DNA of 64,000 nt from Escherichia phage SP15: sequence record AP019559; one strand, given 5' to 3'. The notes beneath the pieces are model-generated. The model ran no database searches. It saw only the letters and a program-made list of their open reading frames with translations, and was not told the origin of the DNA. Both the position numbers and the translations under genes were made by a program. Positions 9,633 through 18,791 of this stretch are shown here, one piece after another; positions within the stretch are counted from its first letter, which is position 1, and every line of letters starts with the position of its first letter.

Positions 9633-10125
9633 TACTCCAATTATTTTTCTAGACATTGATGGGGTGCTTAATTCGAGCATCTCCCACCATCATGCACCTG
9701 ATGATGAAAAGATTTTCTTTGGAAGTGACTGGGTTTTTAAGCCACTTCTCAAGGCTTTTCAGGACTTTATTCGTCCTTCTCCAATAATGATTGTTGGGGT
9801 ATCTTCATGGTTCTCTGTCAGGAATGAGATGGAGAACGTTCAGATTATGACCGGATTAGATCTTATCGATCGTTTTCTTGGTACAACGGATTTTACTGGT
9901 GGTGGGCTATCTAGGGGTAATTCTGTTCTTCGCTTCGTTGAAAAGCATAAGCTCAAACATTGGTGTGTGCTGGATGACGCTGGTGCTATGATGTATCAGT
10001 ATCCAACTGTTATAGTCAATGGTAGAATTGGAATAAATCTTCAAGATTTAAGAGCTGTTAGCTATATGTTAGAATTTAGTCCAGATCTTGAAATGTGTAA
10101 AGCCCTACAACAATTTAAGGTGTAA
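9619..10125 (+). CDS. HAD-superfamily hydrolase/phosphatase-like protein
   Basis: Motif I FLDIDGVLN (DxDxV) and downstream VLDDAG. Confidence 0.55.
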   Translation: MEISNTPIIFLDIDGVLNSSISHHHAPDDEKIFFGSDWVFKPLLKAFQDFIRPSPIMIVGVSSWFSVRNEMENVQIMTGLDLIDRFLGTTDFTGGGLSRGNSVLRFVEKHKLKHWCVLDDAGAMMYQYPTVIVNGRIGINLQDLRAVSYMLEFSPDLEMCKALQQFKV

Positions 10126-10127
10126 AT

Positions 10128-10556
10128 ATGTTCAATAATGTGTTCTCTAAAGAAGCTAACCCAATATTAGTTAATTTTTGGCGTACTCTTCCAGCCAACC
10201 TGTACAATGAGGCTATTAATGCTCTGAAAATATGGTGTGAGAATAATGAAATCTCCTTTGCTTTTAAAGGCGAGGTTGAAGAGGCTCCCTGTATTGGTTT
10301 AATTGTGCAGGTGGAGGATGGTCTTGAAGAGATTGTCGGCTGGAAAGAGTTGGATGAAATGGGCTTGGTTTTTGCGTTAAACTATAAGCTGTTTATGCCC
10401 AATAAACACCGTATTGTTGTTAACTATAAAACCAATGAATCTCCTGGTTTTCAAGTTAATGAACGGTATGGTTGGTCTTACTCACCGGAAGAGGTAAATG
10501 ATGGTATCCAGAAACTTCGTCGTTTTGGTTATCAAATTCCGGGTTTAACTGCCTAA
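10128..10556 (+). CDS. Hypothetical protein (tandem paralog 1)
   Basis: 142 aa; shares PCIG, MGL(V/I)xALN, xIPGL with the next ORF. Confidence 0.5.
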   Translation: MFNNVFSKEANPILVNFWRTLPANLYNEAINALKIWCENNEISFAFKGEVEEAPCIGLIVQVEDGLEEIVGWKELDEMGLVFALNYKLFMPNKHRIVVNYKTNESPGFQVNERYGWSYSPEEVNDGIQKLRRFGYQIPGLTA

Positions 10557-10565
10557 GGAGGCACA

Positions 10566-10958
10566 ATGGAACAAGTATATTGGCGTCAGATCGACCCTAG
10601 TTTGGTGAAGCGTGCAGAGAAGCTGCTACAACGTTGGTTGGGGGTAAGACAAGCCTCCTTCACTTTTCCGGAGCAGCAAATAGACGATCCCTGTATTGGT
10701 GTTTTCCTATCAGGCTACGCTAGGGAATGGGAATTGGATTGGAATGAATTGTCTGCTATGGGTTTAATTGTTGCACTAAATTTCTCTTTGTTCCATCCAC
10801 GTGGTTTGGCCATATGTCGTGTGCCTGAGGACGGTTGTTCGCCCCATCTTTTACAGGTGGAAGATGATATTTGGGAGTACACTCCAGATATTCTCAAAGA
10901 AGCCAAAGAACAATTAAACCGTGTTGGAATTTATATTCCAGGCCTGAATGATGAATGA
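10566..10958 (+). CDS. Hypothetical protein (tandem paralog 2)
   Basis: 130 aa; paralog of 10128-10556; strong RBS TAAGGAGG. Confidence 0.5.
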   Translation: MEQVYWRQIDPSLVKRAEKLLQRWLGVRQASFTFPEQQIDDPCIGVFLSGYAREWELDWNELSAMGLIVALNFSLFHPRGLAICRVPEDGCSPHLLQVEDDIWEYTPDILKEAKEQLNRVGIYIPGLNDE

Positions 10959-11097
10959 TTTTTATTGGTTGACCTCTATAATCCGGGCTATTAGTGCTCG
11001 GATTATTGCCTAATCTTTCCAGCTAATTGACAGCATGAATAAATTGTCATTGACAAATTGAATAGATTATGTAATAATATGTGTATTGGAGGTAAAG

Positions 11098-11550
11098 ATG
11101 TCGCTCACACAACAAGAACTTTTAGATAATTTCCGATATGAAGATGGAAAATTATTTAGAACCACAGGAAGAAATGCAGGCAAGGAATGTTGTGTTTCAA
11201 CGGGAAATGGGTATTATCGTATTTCTCTAGGTAGTAAAACTATGCTCCGACACAGAGCCATCTTCTTAATGCATCATGGTTATCTCCCTGATTTAGTAGA
11301 TCATGAGAATACTATAAAAGGTGATGATCGTATTGAAAATCTTAGAGAGCAGACAGTATCCGGTAATCTAAGAAATATCAAATATAAGAAAGGAATGCAT
11401 GTTTACCCTTCTGGTAGTAAGAACTGGCAAGTAGTATTTACTATTAACCGTAAACGTATAGTTAAAGGAACATATGACAACTATGAGGTTGCATGTTCTA
11501 TGGCCAAGATGTTTAGAGGTCAATTATACGGTAGGGAATCAATCCAGTAA
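11098..11550 (+). CDS. HNH homing endonuclease (HNH_3 type)
   Basis: Motif LVDHENTIKGDDRIENLRE; start at ATG preceded by GGAGG; free-standing in an intergenic position. Confidence 0.7.
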   Translation: MSLTQQELLDNFRYEDGKLFRTTGRNAGKECCVSTGNGYYRISLGSKTMLRHRAIFLMHHGYLPDLVDHENTIKGDDRIENLREQTVSGNLRNIKYKKGMHVYPSGSKNWQVVFTINRKRIVKGTYDNYEVACSMAKMFRGQLYGRESIQ

Positions 11551-11618
11551 AATTTCATTTGCAAGGGAGTATTATTTTATAGTATAATATTCCCATAAAT
11601 GAGAGATATTAGTAAAAA

Positions 11619-11648
11619 TTGATTTTGCTAATTTTTCTTGTTTACAAT
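11619..11648 (+). promoter_or_regulatory. Candidate sigma70 promoter (TTGATT, 18 nt, TACAAT)
   Basis: Lies upstream of the long GC-rich leader preceding the helicase gene. Confidence 0.35.
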
Positions 11649-12085
11649 CCGCGATACGGAACAGTTAGGCTGCCCCATTAAGGGTTGTTTTAACTGTTAC
11701 GTGTTAGTTTTTAAGCAAATAATTAATAGAATACTTAGCGATCTGCGTCCCGTAGGAACCCTGGTAAGGCCTCGAAGCAACCTAGATAGAGGTGGTTGTG
11801 AAGTGAGACGGGAGGAGTGAAAAACTCCGAGACGTGATTCTGTAAGTTATATTGCATCTAGTATGAGCTAGTATATGAAGCATTAGGTGAGCAAATCTGG
11901 CTTAGCGGCCATCCTCAAGGATTTGTGCGGTATAGCAAAGCAGCAGCGCAGCGTGAAAGTGGAAGTTGCCACCCCACTTCAGTATTTGCGATTAATTTGT
12001 TGAGAAATTGACAGTAACAGTTGTTCTATTCTTTCTGAATAGTCCTAAAGAAAACTTATTTCATTTCCAACACAGGAGTATTGTT

Positions 12086-14875
12086 GTGTTTTCAATCCTA
12101 CAAGGTCATGCAGGATTTCATCGCGATTTAGCCACAGGCAATTGGCGAGAAGTTAAGGCAGAAGATTATCTTTTTGCTAAAAGATTTTCCTCAAAGCATC
12201 CCGAAGGTAAACCAGCTTCAATGCCCTTCAAGTTTGATGTAATTGATGAAGTTGATCCTCAAACCCTAGTAGAAATGCTTCCTCTTATGAGACGTTTAAC
12301 GTCTGACCCTCATATCGTTGCGGTACGAGGTCGATGTCTTGCACCTAAAAATAATGTGCGACGTAAGAAGGGCAACTTTAATGTATCTAATCCAAGTCAT
12401 ATAATCGCAATGGATGTGGATGGTATTGTAGATACAGGAGGTTGTAACAAGTTTGATCTTGTTGGCATGGCGCGTCATATTATTAGGATGTTGAATAGTA
12501 TTAGTGAGGATATGTTTCCTCTTGATGCAGGGTTTATTGCTCATGCATCATCTTCGGCTGGCCTAAAACCAGGTATCCGAATGCACTTAATACTAGAATC
12601 TAATGTTAAAGTTACACAGGGTCAGATCAAGTTCTTATTTACATCTATCAACGAAAGTAGTAGACAAAAGTATGGCTTTGATATTGCCGACTTAGCTTAT
12701 TACTCTTCCGTACAGCTCCACTATTTTGCAGATCCTTTATTTACTGATGGTATAGTTGATCCGTTTAAAGCGGAGGGTGCTTCACGTCTGGTATTTGTTA
12801 AAGGCTCAAAAGTAAATTTACCTAATAATCTAGTTGACTATGAAACAACTAGAGGAGAGTTTAAAGAGGAATTCTACTCTTTACTCGATCAAATTAAAGG
12901 TAAAAAAGCCGCCTCCGATAAAGTAGAGGAAACTATCAGCGAACTAGAAGAAGCTGAGGATGGAGTGTATCTACGTATTATTCCTAAACTCTATCACAGG
13001 GCTTTAGAGGATGGTGTTGATTTTGCATGGCTAGAAAAAGAAATCCGCCCAGCCTTATCAGAGTATATTGCAACTAAAGATAATAGTCGTAATATTCAAG
13101 ATTATTTTAACAACGGTAGAAAACAGGCTCTGAAAGCGTTTGTTAATAATTCTAAACGTGATATACCGGATGTTTTAAAAGGTATTCCACTTAAAAAGCT
13201 AGAAACTAACTCTCTAGAGACTGATAACTTCTTGAAATTAAATACTGTACCACCAGAAGGTTATATGACTTTTGTAAAAGCAAGTCTAGGTACAGGTAAA
13301 ACTACGGCGGTTGTGCGTTGGTTAGATTCAGGAGTTATTAAGGGTAATTTCTTAGCAATTACCAATACTCGAGCACTGGTATCTTCAAATGCTAAGAAAT
13401 TTAGTGCAGGACAATATGATAAGTCTGTAGATATGCTTAATTTTAAGCGTGGCGCTATTGACCGTATGTCCACAACTATACATTCTTTGCATAAGTTCAA
13501 GAGTTTTATTGGTCAAATCGATGCAATCTTTATCGATGAATGTGACGCTGTAATGAATGACCTATTATTCGCCCCGGTTGTTAAACAACGTCGTGAATGT
13601 ATTCAGGTTCTTCGGGATATTCTTGCAACTGCAAAAATCATTATATTATCTGATGGTGATATTAGTGCTGAAACAATTGAAGCATATGGTTCTTTGATTG
13701 AGTTTGATAAACCGGTTGCATTTTATAATCATCACCGTAAGATGCTGTCAAAAGCTCATGCTTATGAGTTCCCTGATGAATCTAGTATTTGGGTTGCACT
13801 TCAGACCTCTCTAGAGATGGGTGAGAAATCTATTCTGGTATCTGATTGTGGGCCGGATGAGCTGAATGAGAAAGGTATGGCACTGCGTCGTAATACGGGT
13901 GCGTTAGTTAAGGAAATCCATTCAAACTCTACCTCAGATGTGGATATTAGACGTATTCTGGATTACACAACTAATGAACTAATTGATCAACAAATTGATT
14001 GTTTATTATGTAGTCCATCCGTAACGAGTGGTGTTGACTTTAACTATTTTGATAACGTATTTGTTATTACTAGAACTAGTAATCAAGCGCCAAACATGCG
14101 TTTCCAAGCAATCAGGCGCGACCGTGGTGCTCAGAATATCTATTATTTTATTGATAAATCCACTAGTGGATTCTCCGCAGGTTCTGAACAATATAATATT
14201 GATGAGGGTTGGCTGGAGTTAGCACAGCAATTATACGCACGTCGCAGGGAGCTGGAATCTAGGAACTATACTAGTACTTTACGTTATTACTTACTTGATC
14301 AGGGTGCAACTATTGATATTTTCAGTGAAAGCTGGGGAACTATTGAAGGTGCTGGTAAAGAGTATACAGAAGAGCGAATCAAAGCTATTCTGCACTCAAC
14401 TCCTGATTATTGTGCTCCACGTCATGCGGATGCGTATGAAGCTAAACTACTTCTTGTTCGCTATTATCATCTGGAGTCTATTAAAGATGTAACCGTTGAG
14501 CATGTTGAACAATATATCAAAGATAAGCCGAATGATCGAGCTGCATTCTTCCATAAGATGCATGAGATGTTCTGGGAAGATATTAAGAAGTGTTCAAATG
14601 TCACTATCAAACCTTTCATAGAAGCTCTGAAAGGTAAGAAGAAAGATTTCTTCCTTAAAACAGGTCAGAGTGCTAACCCAAAATATGCTAGAATGTATCT
14701 TGGTATGATGGGTATTGGTAAAGATATGAACACGGAGAATATCGTAGACTGGTACAGAACCTATTGTAAAATCGAGTGTATGCCAATTCCTTTCAAATTC
14801 ATGACAGAGGAAGAACGTCAGATGCACGAGGAAGCAATGTCAGAGCTAGGTGCTAGAAATGACAGTGAAGAATAA
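12086..14875 (+). CDS. Large P-loop NTPase / SF2-type helicase, putative replication initiation (origin-binding) helicase
   Basis: Walker A SLGTGKTT, Walker B FIDECDAV; start placed at GTG preceded by AGGAG (ORF track extends to 12008). Confidence 0.65.
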   Translation: MFSILQGHAGFHRDLATGNWREVKAEDYLFAKRFSSKHPEGKPASMPFKFDVIDEVDPQTLVEMLPLMRRLTSDPHIVAVRGRCLAPKNNVRRKKGNFNVSNPSHIIAMDVDGIVDTGGCNKFDLVGMARHIIRMLNSISEDMFPLDAGFIAHASSSAGLKPGIRMHLILESNVKVTQGQIKFLFTSINESSRQKYGFDIADLAYYSSVQLHYFADPLFTDGIVDPFKAEGASRLVFVKGSKVNLPNNLVDYETTRGEFKEEFYSLLDQIKGKKAASDKVEETISELEEAEDGVYLRIIPKLYHRALEDGVDFAWLEKEIRPALSEYIATKDNSRNIQDYFNNGRKQALKAFVNNSKRDIPDVLKGIPLKKLETNSLETDNFLKLNTVPPEGYMTFVKASLGTGKTTAVVRWLDSGVIKGNFLAITNTRALVSSNAKKFSAGQYDKSVDMLNFKRGAIDRMSTTIHSLHKFKSFIGQIDAIFIDECDAVMNDLLFAPVVKQRRECIQVLRDILATAKIIILSDGDISAETIEAYGSLIEFDKPVAFYNHHRKMLSKAHAYEFPDESSIWVALQTSLEMGEKSILVSDCGPDELNEKGMALRRNTGALVKEIHSNSTSDVDIRRILDYTTNELIDQQIDCLLCSPSVTSGVDFNYFDNVFVITRTSNQAPNMRFQAIRRDRGAQNIYYFIDKSTSGFSAGSEQYNIDEGWLELAQQLYARRRELESRNYTSTLRYYLLDQGATIDIFSESWGTIEGAGKEYTEERIKAILHSTPDYCAPRHADAYEAKLLLVRYYHLESIKDVTVEHVEQYIKDKPNDRAAFFHKMHEMFWEDIKKCSNVTIKPFIEALKGKKKDFFLKTGQSANPKYARMYLGMMGIGKDMNTENIVDWYRTYCKIECMPIPFKFMTEEERQMHEEAMSELGARNDSEE

Positions 14876-15092
14876 AAAATGGGAAACAAGGAAGTTTCCA
14901 GTAAAAGAACGCAAAGTTCCTGTTTATGATACTTCGGAGAAGCTATGTAGGGTGGTACCGCATAGATTAGCTGGTATCCCTAACATATCCGAGTGGTTAC
15001 TTAAACAACGGAGGACTAACGTATCTCTTCGCGTAGGGTTTGAGTTAGATAAAGTATATGCTGAACTTTCTTCTTTGCTCAAAGAATCATAA
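14859..15092 (+). CDS. Hypothetical small basic protein
   Basis: ORF overlapping helicase stop; weak RBS. Confidence 0.25.
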   Translation: MTVKNKKWETRKFPVKERKVPVYDTSEKLCRVVPHRLAGIPNISEWLLKQRRTNVSLRVGFELDKVYAELSSLLKES

Positions 15093-15101
15093 AAAATTTA
15101 T

Positions 15102-15130
15102 TTGCTTTCAGGAAAAATTTTCTGTATAAT
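15102..15130 (+). promoter_or_regulatory. Strong early promoter, near-identical to the T5 PN25 promoter as I recall it
   Basis: TCATAAAAAATTTATTTGCTTTCAGGAAAAATTTTCTGTATAATAGATTCATAAATTTGAGAGAGGAG; -35 TTGCTT, 17 nt, -10 TATAAT. Confidence 0.8.
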
Positions 15131-15161
15131 AGATTCATAAATTTGAGAGAGGAGTTTAAAT

Positions 15162-15866
15162 ATGGCTGGTTCTCGCAGAAAGAAACATATCCATGAAATC
15201 CCGGATGAAGTCTTTAAAAAAGTTATAGAGCACCTGGAGAACGGTGGTACTAAGAAAGCAGCATGTGAAATGCTCGGCGTATCATCCAATCCAACTATGG
15301 AAAGGATGATAGAAGAGTGGCAAGACCGGCAGATCCAAGTTGCCGAGATGAAGAAAAAGAAACGCGGTACACTCATTGAAGGCATTGAGTTGGCCAACGT
15401 TATTGAACAGTATCTATCTGGTGATTCCTTTGAGGAGATTGCCGATCGTAATTATCGTTCTGTAGCAATGGTTAAATCTGTTCTGGAACGCTATGGTGCT
15501 CTGCTTCGTTTGAACGATATTGTAGATCCATTGAACCCACCAATTATTCCTGATGATGCTGTAGCAGAAGAATTTGAGGTAGGTGAGCTTGTTTGGGTTC
15601 CTGGATACCAGTGTATCGGTGAAATCAAAAAAGCAATGGATAACCCTGTCGGTTGTTACCGTGTATGGCTTCTATCAGAAGGCAAACAACAGAACGTTCA
15701 TTATATGAATTACGAGCTGGCTTCTGTTAAACATCTGGAAAAGTTAGGGGTTGATGTAAAGTCTCTGGGGTACAAATGGTCCCGGGAAGAAGTTATCACA
15801 CTGATTAACGAAGCTGTTAAGGCTGCCCTGAAACTTGATAAAGAAAAAGGTAAACGTCGTGAGTAG
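15162..15866 (+). CDS. Putative DNA-binding protein with two HTH-like segments
   Basis: 234 aa; N-terminal GGTKKAACEMLGVS and SFEEIADRNYRSVAMVKSVLERYG; immediately downstream of PN25-like promoter. Confidence 0.55.
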   Translation: MAGSRRKKHIHEIPDEVFKKVIEHLENGGTKKAACEMLGVSSNPTMERMIEEWQDRQIQVAEMKKKKRGTLIEGIELANVIEQYLSGDSFEEIADRNYRSVAMVKSVLERYGALLRLNDIVDPLNPPIIPDDAVAEEFEVGELVWVPGYQCIGEIKKAMDNPVGCYRVWLLSEGKQQNVHYMNYELASVKHLEKLGVDVKSLGYKWSREEVITLINEAVKAALKLDKEKGKRRE

Positions 15867-16110
15867 ACTAACTGATTTACTTAAAGATGGGGAAGTAAAA
15901 ACGCTATATCGTAGAAGCTGGGATAACGATAATAACGGCTTAGTGTTACTAACTTTAGATGCTGACTCGGATGTAGCTACTCAGCATACCTGGGTAGCCG
16001 GTAACTATCCATATAGCGAGGTTGTTTCATTAACAGTATGCGAAGCTATTGCGGACGATTGGGAGGTTGCCAGCATTGATGATATGCTCGCTGTTGGCCT
16101 GGTGGAGTAA
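15835..16110 (+). CDS. Hypothetical protein
   Basis: 91-aa ORF overlapping the previous gene end; start ambiguous (TTG 15835 or GTG 15859). Confidence 0.35.
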   Translation: MIKKKVNVVSRLTDLLKDGEVKTLYRRSWDNDNNGLVLLTLDADSDVATQHTWVAGNYPYSEVVSLTVCEAIADDWEVASIDDMLAVGLVE

Positions 16111-16127
16111 CTACTTAAAAATTTCAG

Positions 16128-16156
16128 TTGCTTAATCCTATAATTCTTGATATAAT
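16128..16156 (+). promoter_or_regulatory. T5-type early promoter (TTGCTT, 17 nt, TATAAT)
   Basis: Consensus hexamers with 17-nt spacer upstream of 16214 ORF. Confidence 0.55.
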
Positions 16157-16213
16157 ATTCTCATAGTTTGAAAGAACTATTCTGTTTAATTCTTAATTAA
16201 GGAAATATAAAAT

Positions 16214-16624
16214 ATGACTACTCCAACTCAGTGGACTGATGAACTGTTTGAAAAAATGTCTTCCGAATATGTTGCTCGTATGGAGCAATTCCCAGAGGAT
16301 GAACGTCCGGGTGTTAGCATGGAAATTGTTAGCGAAATTGCCCAGGAAAATGGTGTAACTCCGAACGGTTTTCGTATGAAGCTGACTAAAGCAGGTTTGT
16401 ATATCAAGAAAGCTGCTGGTTCTACTTCGAAATCTAGCGCATCTACTGGAGAAAAAGCTTCCGGTGGTTCTCGTACCTCCAAAGCTCAAGCCCATGCCGA
16501 CCTTCGTTCAGCTTTCTCTGATGCTGGCTTAGCACCAGATTTTCTGGATGATGCAATTATCGACAAACTGACCGGTAAAGCGGCTGCTCATCTGGCAGAA
16601 GCAATCCGAGCTATCACTAAGTAA
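16214..16624 (+). CDS. Hypothetical protein with Ser/Thr/Gly-rich linker
   Basis: 136 aa, RBS AAGGAAAT; host-optimal codon usage. Confidence 0.5.
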   Translation: MTTPTQWTDELFEKMSSEYVARMEQFPEDERPGVSMEIVSEIAQENGVTPNGFRMKLTKAGLYIKKAAGSTSKSSASTGEKASGGSRTSKAQAHADLRSAFSDAGLAPDFLDDAIIDKLTGKAAAHLAEAIRAITK

Positions 16625-16661
16625 TATTTAGATAAATCCACCAACAAAAGGAACTATAGCT

Positions 16662-16958
16662 ATGACTAAAGCTGAAATTATTGCACAGTGCGAAAAATTT
16701 GGTGAGTTTTATCTTCATTACGAGAAACTTCGTCAGAAAGGAACCACGTACCTTCAGGGTACAATGGAATTTGATCCAGCCCAAGATAAATATCTGGCTG
16801 AGCGTATTAAACGTGAACGTATTCGTAAAGCGAAAGATGATGAAATCCTTGTCTTCTCTCGTACTAATGATAGCTTCCGTTTTATTCCTGTCGAGAAAGT
16901 TCGTCGTGTGACTAGCCTCCAATCAGAGTTAGATCGTGCTTCTCCAGTAGGCCGATAA
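16662..16958 (+). CDS. Hypothetical protein
   Basis: 98 aa with RBS; followed by terminator. Confidence 0.5.
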   Translation: MTKAEIIAQCEKFGEFYLHYEKLRQKGTTYLQGTMEFDPAQDKYLAERIKRERIRKAKDDEILVFSRTNDSFRFIPVEKVRRVTSLQSELDRASPVGR

Positions 16959-16968
16959 GAAAACAATT

Positions 16969-16990
16969 AGCCCCTATATGGGGCTTTTTG
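16969..16990 (+). terminator. Rho-independent terminator
   Basis: Hairpin AGCCCC-TATAT-GGGGCT followed by TTTTT. Confidence 0.7.
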
Positions 16991-17008
16991 TGTATTTGGG
17001 ATATGTAA

Positions 17009-17317
17009 ATGAGCGAACAGGTAAATCAAAACTATGAAGGACACGTTGATGACCAGTCCATCATACTTTGGGAGAAGGAGGGGGAACAAGTAAGATTAAC
17101 AGTATCTGAATTTCGTGGGAATCTATACATGGGTATTCGTTACTGGCTTCTTGATATTAATGATGAATGGTTTCCAACGAAATCTGGCTTCTCTTTTCCT
17201 TACACCCTAGAAACAACATCACAGCTTTTCTATGCGTTTACACAGATTCTTAGCGAATCTGAGGTTTTACATGAAGTACAGAAACGAGCTGAAGAACTCA
17301 AAGCCAAGAATGCCTAG
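17009..17317 (+). CDS. Hypothetical protein
   Basis: 102-aa ORF followed by terminator. Confidence 0.5.
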   Translation: MSEQVNQNYEGHVDDQSIILWEKEGEQVRLTVSEFRGNLYMGIRYWLLDINDEWFPTKSGFSFPYTLETTSQLFYAFTQILSESEVLHEVQKRAEELKAKNA

Positions 17318-17333
17318 TTCTTGGCTTTTTCTT
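17303..17333 (+). terminator. Rho-independent terminator
   Basis: Hairpin AGCCAAGAA...TTCTTGGCT followed by TTTTTCTTT. Confidence 0.65.
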
Positions 17334-17344
17334 TATAAATGTAT

Positions 17345-17373
17345 TTGCTTTCAACTCAGTTTTGTTATATAAT
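17345..17373 (+). promoter_or_regulatory. T5-type early promoter (TTGCTT, 17 nt, TATAAT)
   Basis: Consensus hexamers; downstream ATAAATTAATGAGAGGA leader. Confidence 0.55.
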
Positions 17374-17403
17374 ATTTATATAAATTAATGAGAGGATTGC
17401 AAA

Positions 17404-17676
17404 GTGAAAAAGATAAATATAAGTACACTTAAACCTTTTCCATATATCGGACAGCCTCTCATCCTCATGTGGGAGGAAAAGATTAATGGGGAAAAGTATA
17501 CTAAAACTAGAATTGGGTATAAACTGATTTCACTTTATTACGAAAAAGAAGTATTAATAGCTGAAATATACTCTCCATTATCGGATAGGCTAGTAAAAAC
17601 TACATATTTGCATCTTTGCAAAAATTATACGTGGCACGGATCTACCAGACAACCCACGTACTATGAGGCAGAATAA
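17404..17676 (+). CDS. Hypothetical protein
   Basis: 90-aa ORF (GTG start) directly upstream of ligase gene. Confidence 0.4.
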   Translation: MKKINISTLKPFPYIGQPLILMWEEKINGEKYTKTRIGYKLISLYYEKEVLIAEIYSPLSDRLVKTTYLHLCKNYTWHGSTRQPTYYEAE

Positions 17677-18648
17677 ATGACTAATGTAAAAGAATTTATT
17701 AAACGCTGTCAAGAAGCATATTATCGGGGTATGTCTTTAATCTCTGATGAGGAGTATGATTGCCTGGTAAAACGCTTCCCGTTAGAAGAAGAGATCGGGC
17801 CTAAGGGTGATATTCCACATCTGTACCGTATGTATTCTTTACAGAAAGTTTATTATAATCGTGGGGATAAACCACCATTTAATCCTTTAGGTCAGGTAGA
17901 AACTGATAAGTTAGATGGTTGTGCAATTTCTCTGCTATATATTAACGGCGAATTTGTTCAAGCACTAACTCGTGGTAATGGTATTCTAGGGAATGATGTC
18001 ACAAGCAACGTAAGACTGCTGAATATCCCTAAAAAGATTTCCCAAAAAGTACCAACTCAAATCACTGGTGAAGTTCTAATTACAAAAGAAGTAGAAAATA
18101 AACGTAACTTTGCCTCTGGTGCTATTAACCTCAAAGATAGTGATGATTTCGTACAACGTATCGGGGAAGGTGGTTTAATCTTCGTTGCATACGGTATCCA
18201 GTGTTCTGCCGAATCTGTAGGTATTACAGAAGCATACTTAAAAGATATGCTTTGGCTAGAGAATGAGAACTTCTTAACAGTTGTTAATGTGCGTTCCTTC
18301 TTTAAATGGATTCCGACGGACGGTAAAGTTGTTCGTATTAATGACAACAACAAATTCTTCCGAGAAGGCTGGACTAATAAATTCCCTCGCGGGGCGTTCG
18401 CTATTAAAGAGGATGAAGAAGGCGAGATTACAACTCTTACTAAAGTTGAATGGCAGGTAGGGGCTTCTGGTAAAGTAACTCCAGTTGGTTATTTCGAACC
18501 GGTAATTATTGATGATGCTACAATTGTTAAAGCGACTCTTAATAACGTTGATTATATTAACTCTCTCGATCTAGAGATCGGTTGCCAGATTCGAGTGATT
18601 CGTGCTGGTGGTGTAATCCCGTGCATAGTAGAGCGAGTATACGATTAA
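17677..18648 (+). CDS. ligA: NAD-dependent DNA ligase, N-terminal part (adenylation and OB domains)
   Basis: KLDGCAISLLYINGEFVQALTRGNGILGNDVT matches LigA KxDG and TRGDG motifs; ends before the zinc-finger/HhH/BRCT part. Confidence 0.75.
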   Translation: MTNVKEFIKRCQEAYYRGMSLISDEEYDCLVKRFPLEEEIGPKGDIPHLYRMYSLQKVYYNRGDKPPFNPLGQVETDKLDGCAISLLYINGEFVQALTRGNGILGNDVTSNVRLLNIPKKISQKVPTQITGEVLITKEVENKRNFASGAINLKDSDDFVQRIGEGGLIFVAYGIQCSAESVGITEAYLKDMLWLENENFLTVVNVRSFFKWIPTDGKVVRINDNNKFFREGWTNKFPRGAFAIKEDEEGEITTLTKVEWQVGASGKVTPVGYFEPVIIDDATIVKATLNNVDYINSLDLEIGCQIRVIRAGGVIPCIVERVYD

Positions 18649-18698
18649 CTAACAACCCTTTGCTACCCATCTACCATATCGGAATTATAAAGTGGTTA

Positions 18699-18727
18699 TT
18701 GACATTTTCGCCGCTTAGGTATATACT
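18699..18727 (+). promoter_or_regulatory. Sigma70 promoter (TTGACA, 17 nt, TATACT) within the ligase spacer
   Basis: Consensus hexamers between the two ligase ORFs. Confidence 0.5.
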
Positions 18728-18791
18728 ATTATCATTCAGTTGAGGGATAGAAAGTTATGGCGAGGGTAAGCAAAGTTAGTTAAAATTGTAG

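Noticed and set aside
10975-11005. Possible terminator hairpin after the paralog pair (AATCCG...CGGATT)
   Set aside because: Large loop and no downstream T-run; not convincing as an intrinsic terminator.
11551-12085. Group I intron or tRNA gene next to the HNH endonuclease
   Set aside because: I could not find conserved group I P/Q/R/S elements or a tRNA cloverleaf with a T-loop GTTCGAATC-like motif, and the flanking genes are intact; retained only as an unexplained structured non-coding region.
12008-12085. N-terminal extension of the helicase ORF given by the ORF track (TTG at 12008)
   Set aside because: No RBS precedes the TTG, while GTG at 12086 is preceded by AGGAG at optimal spacing; the extension is probably untranslated leader.
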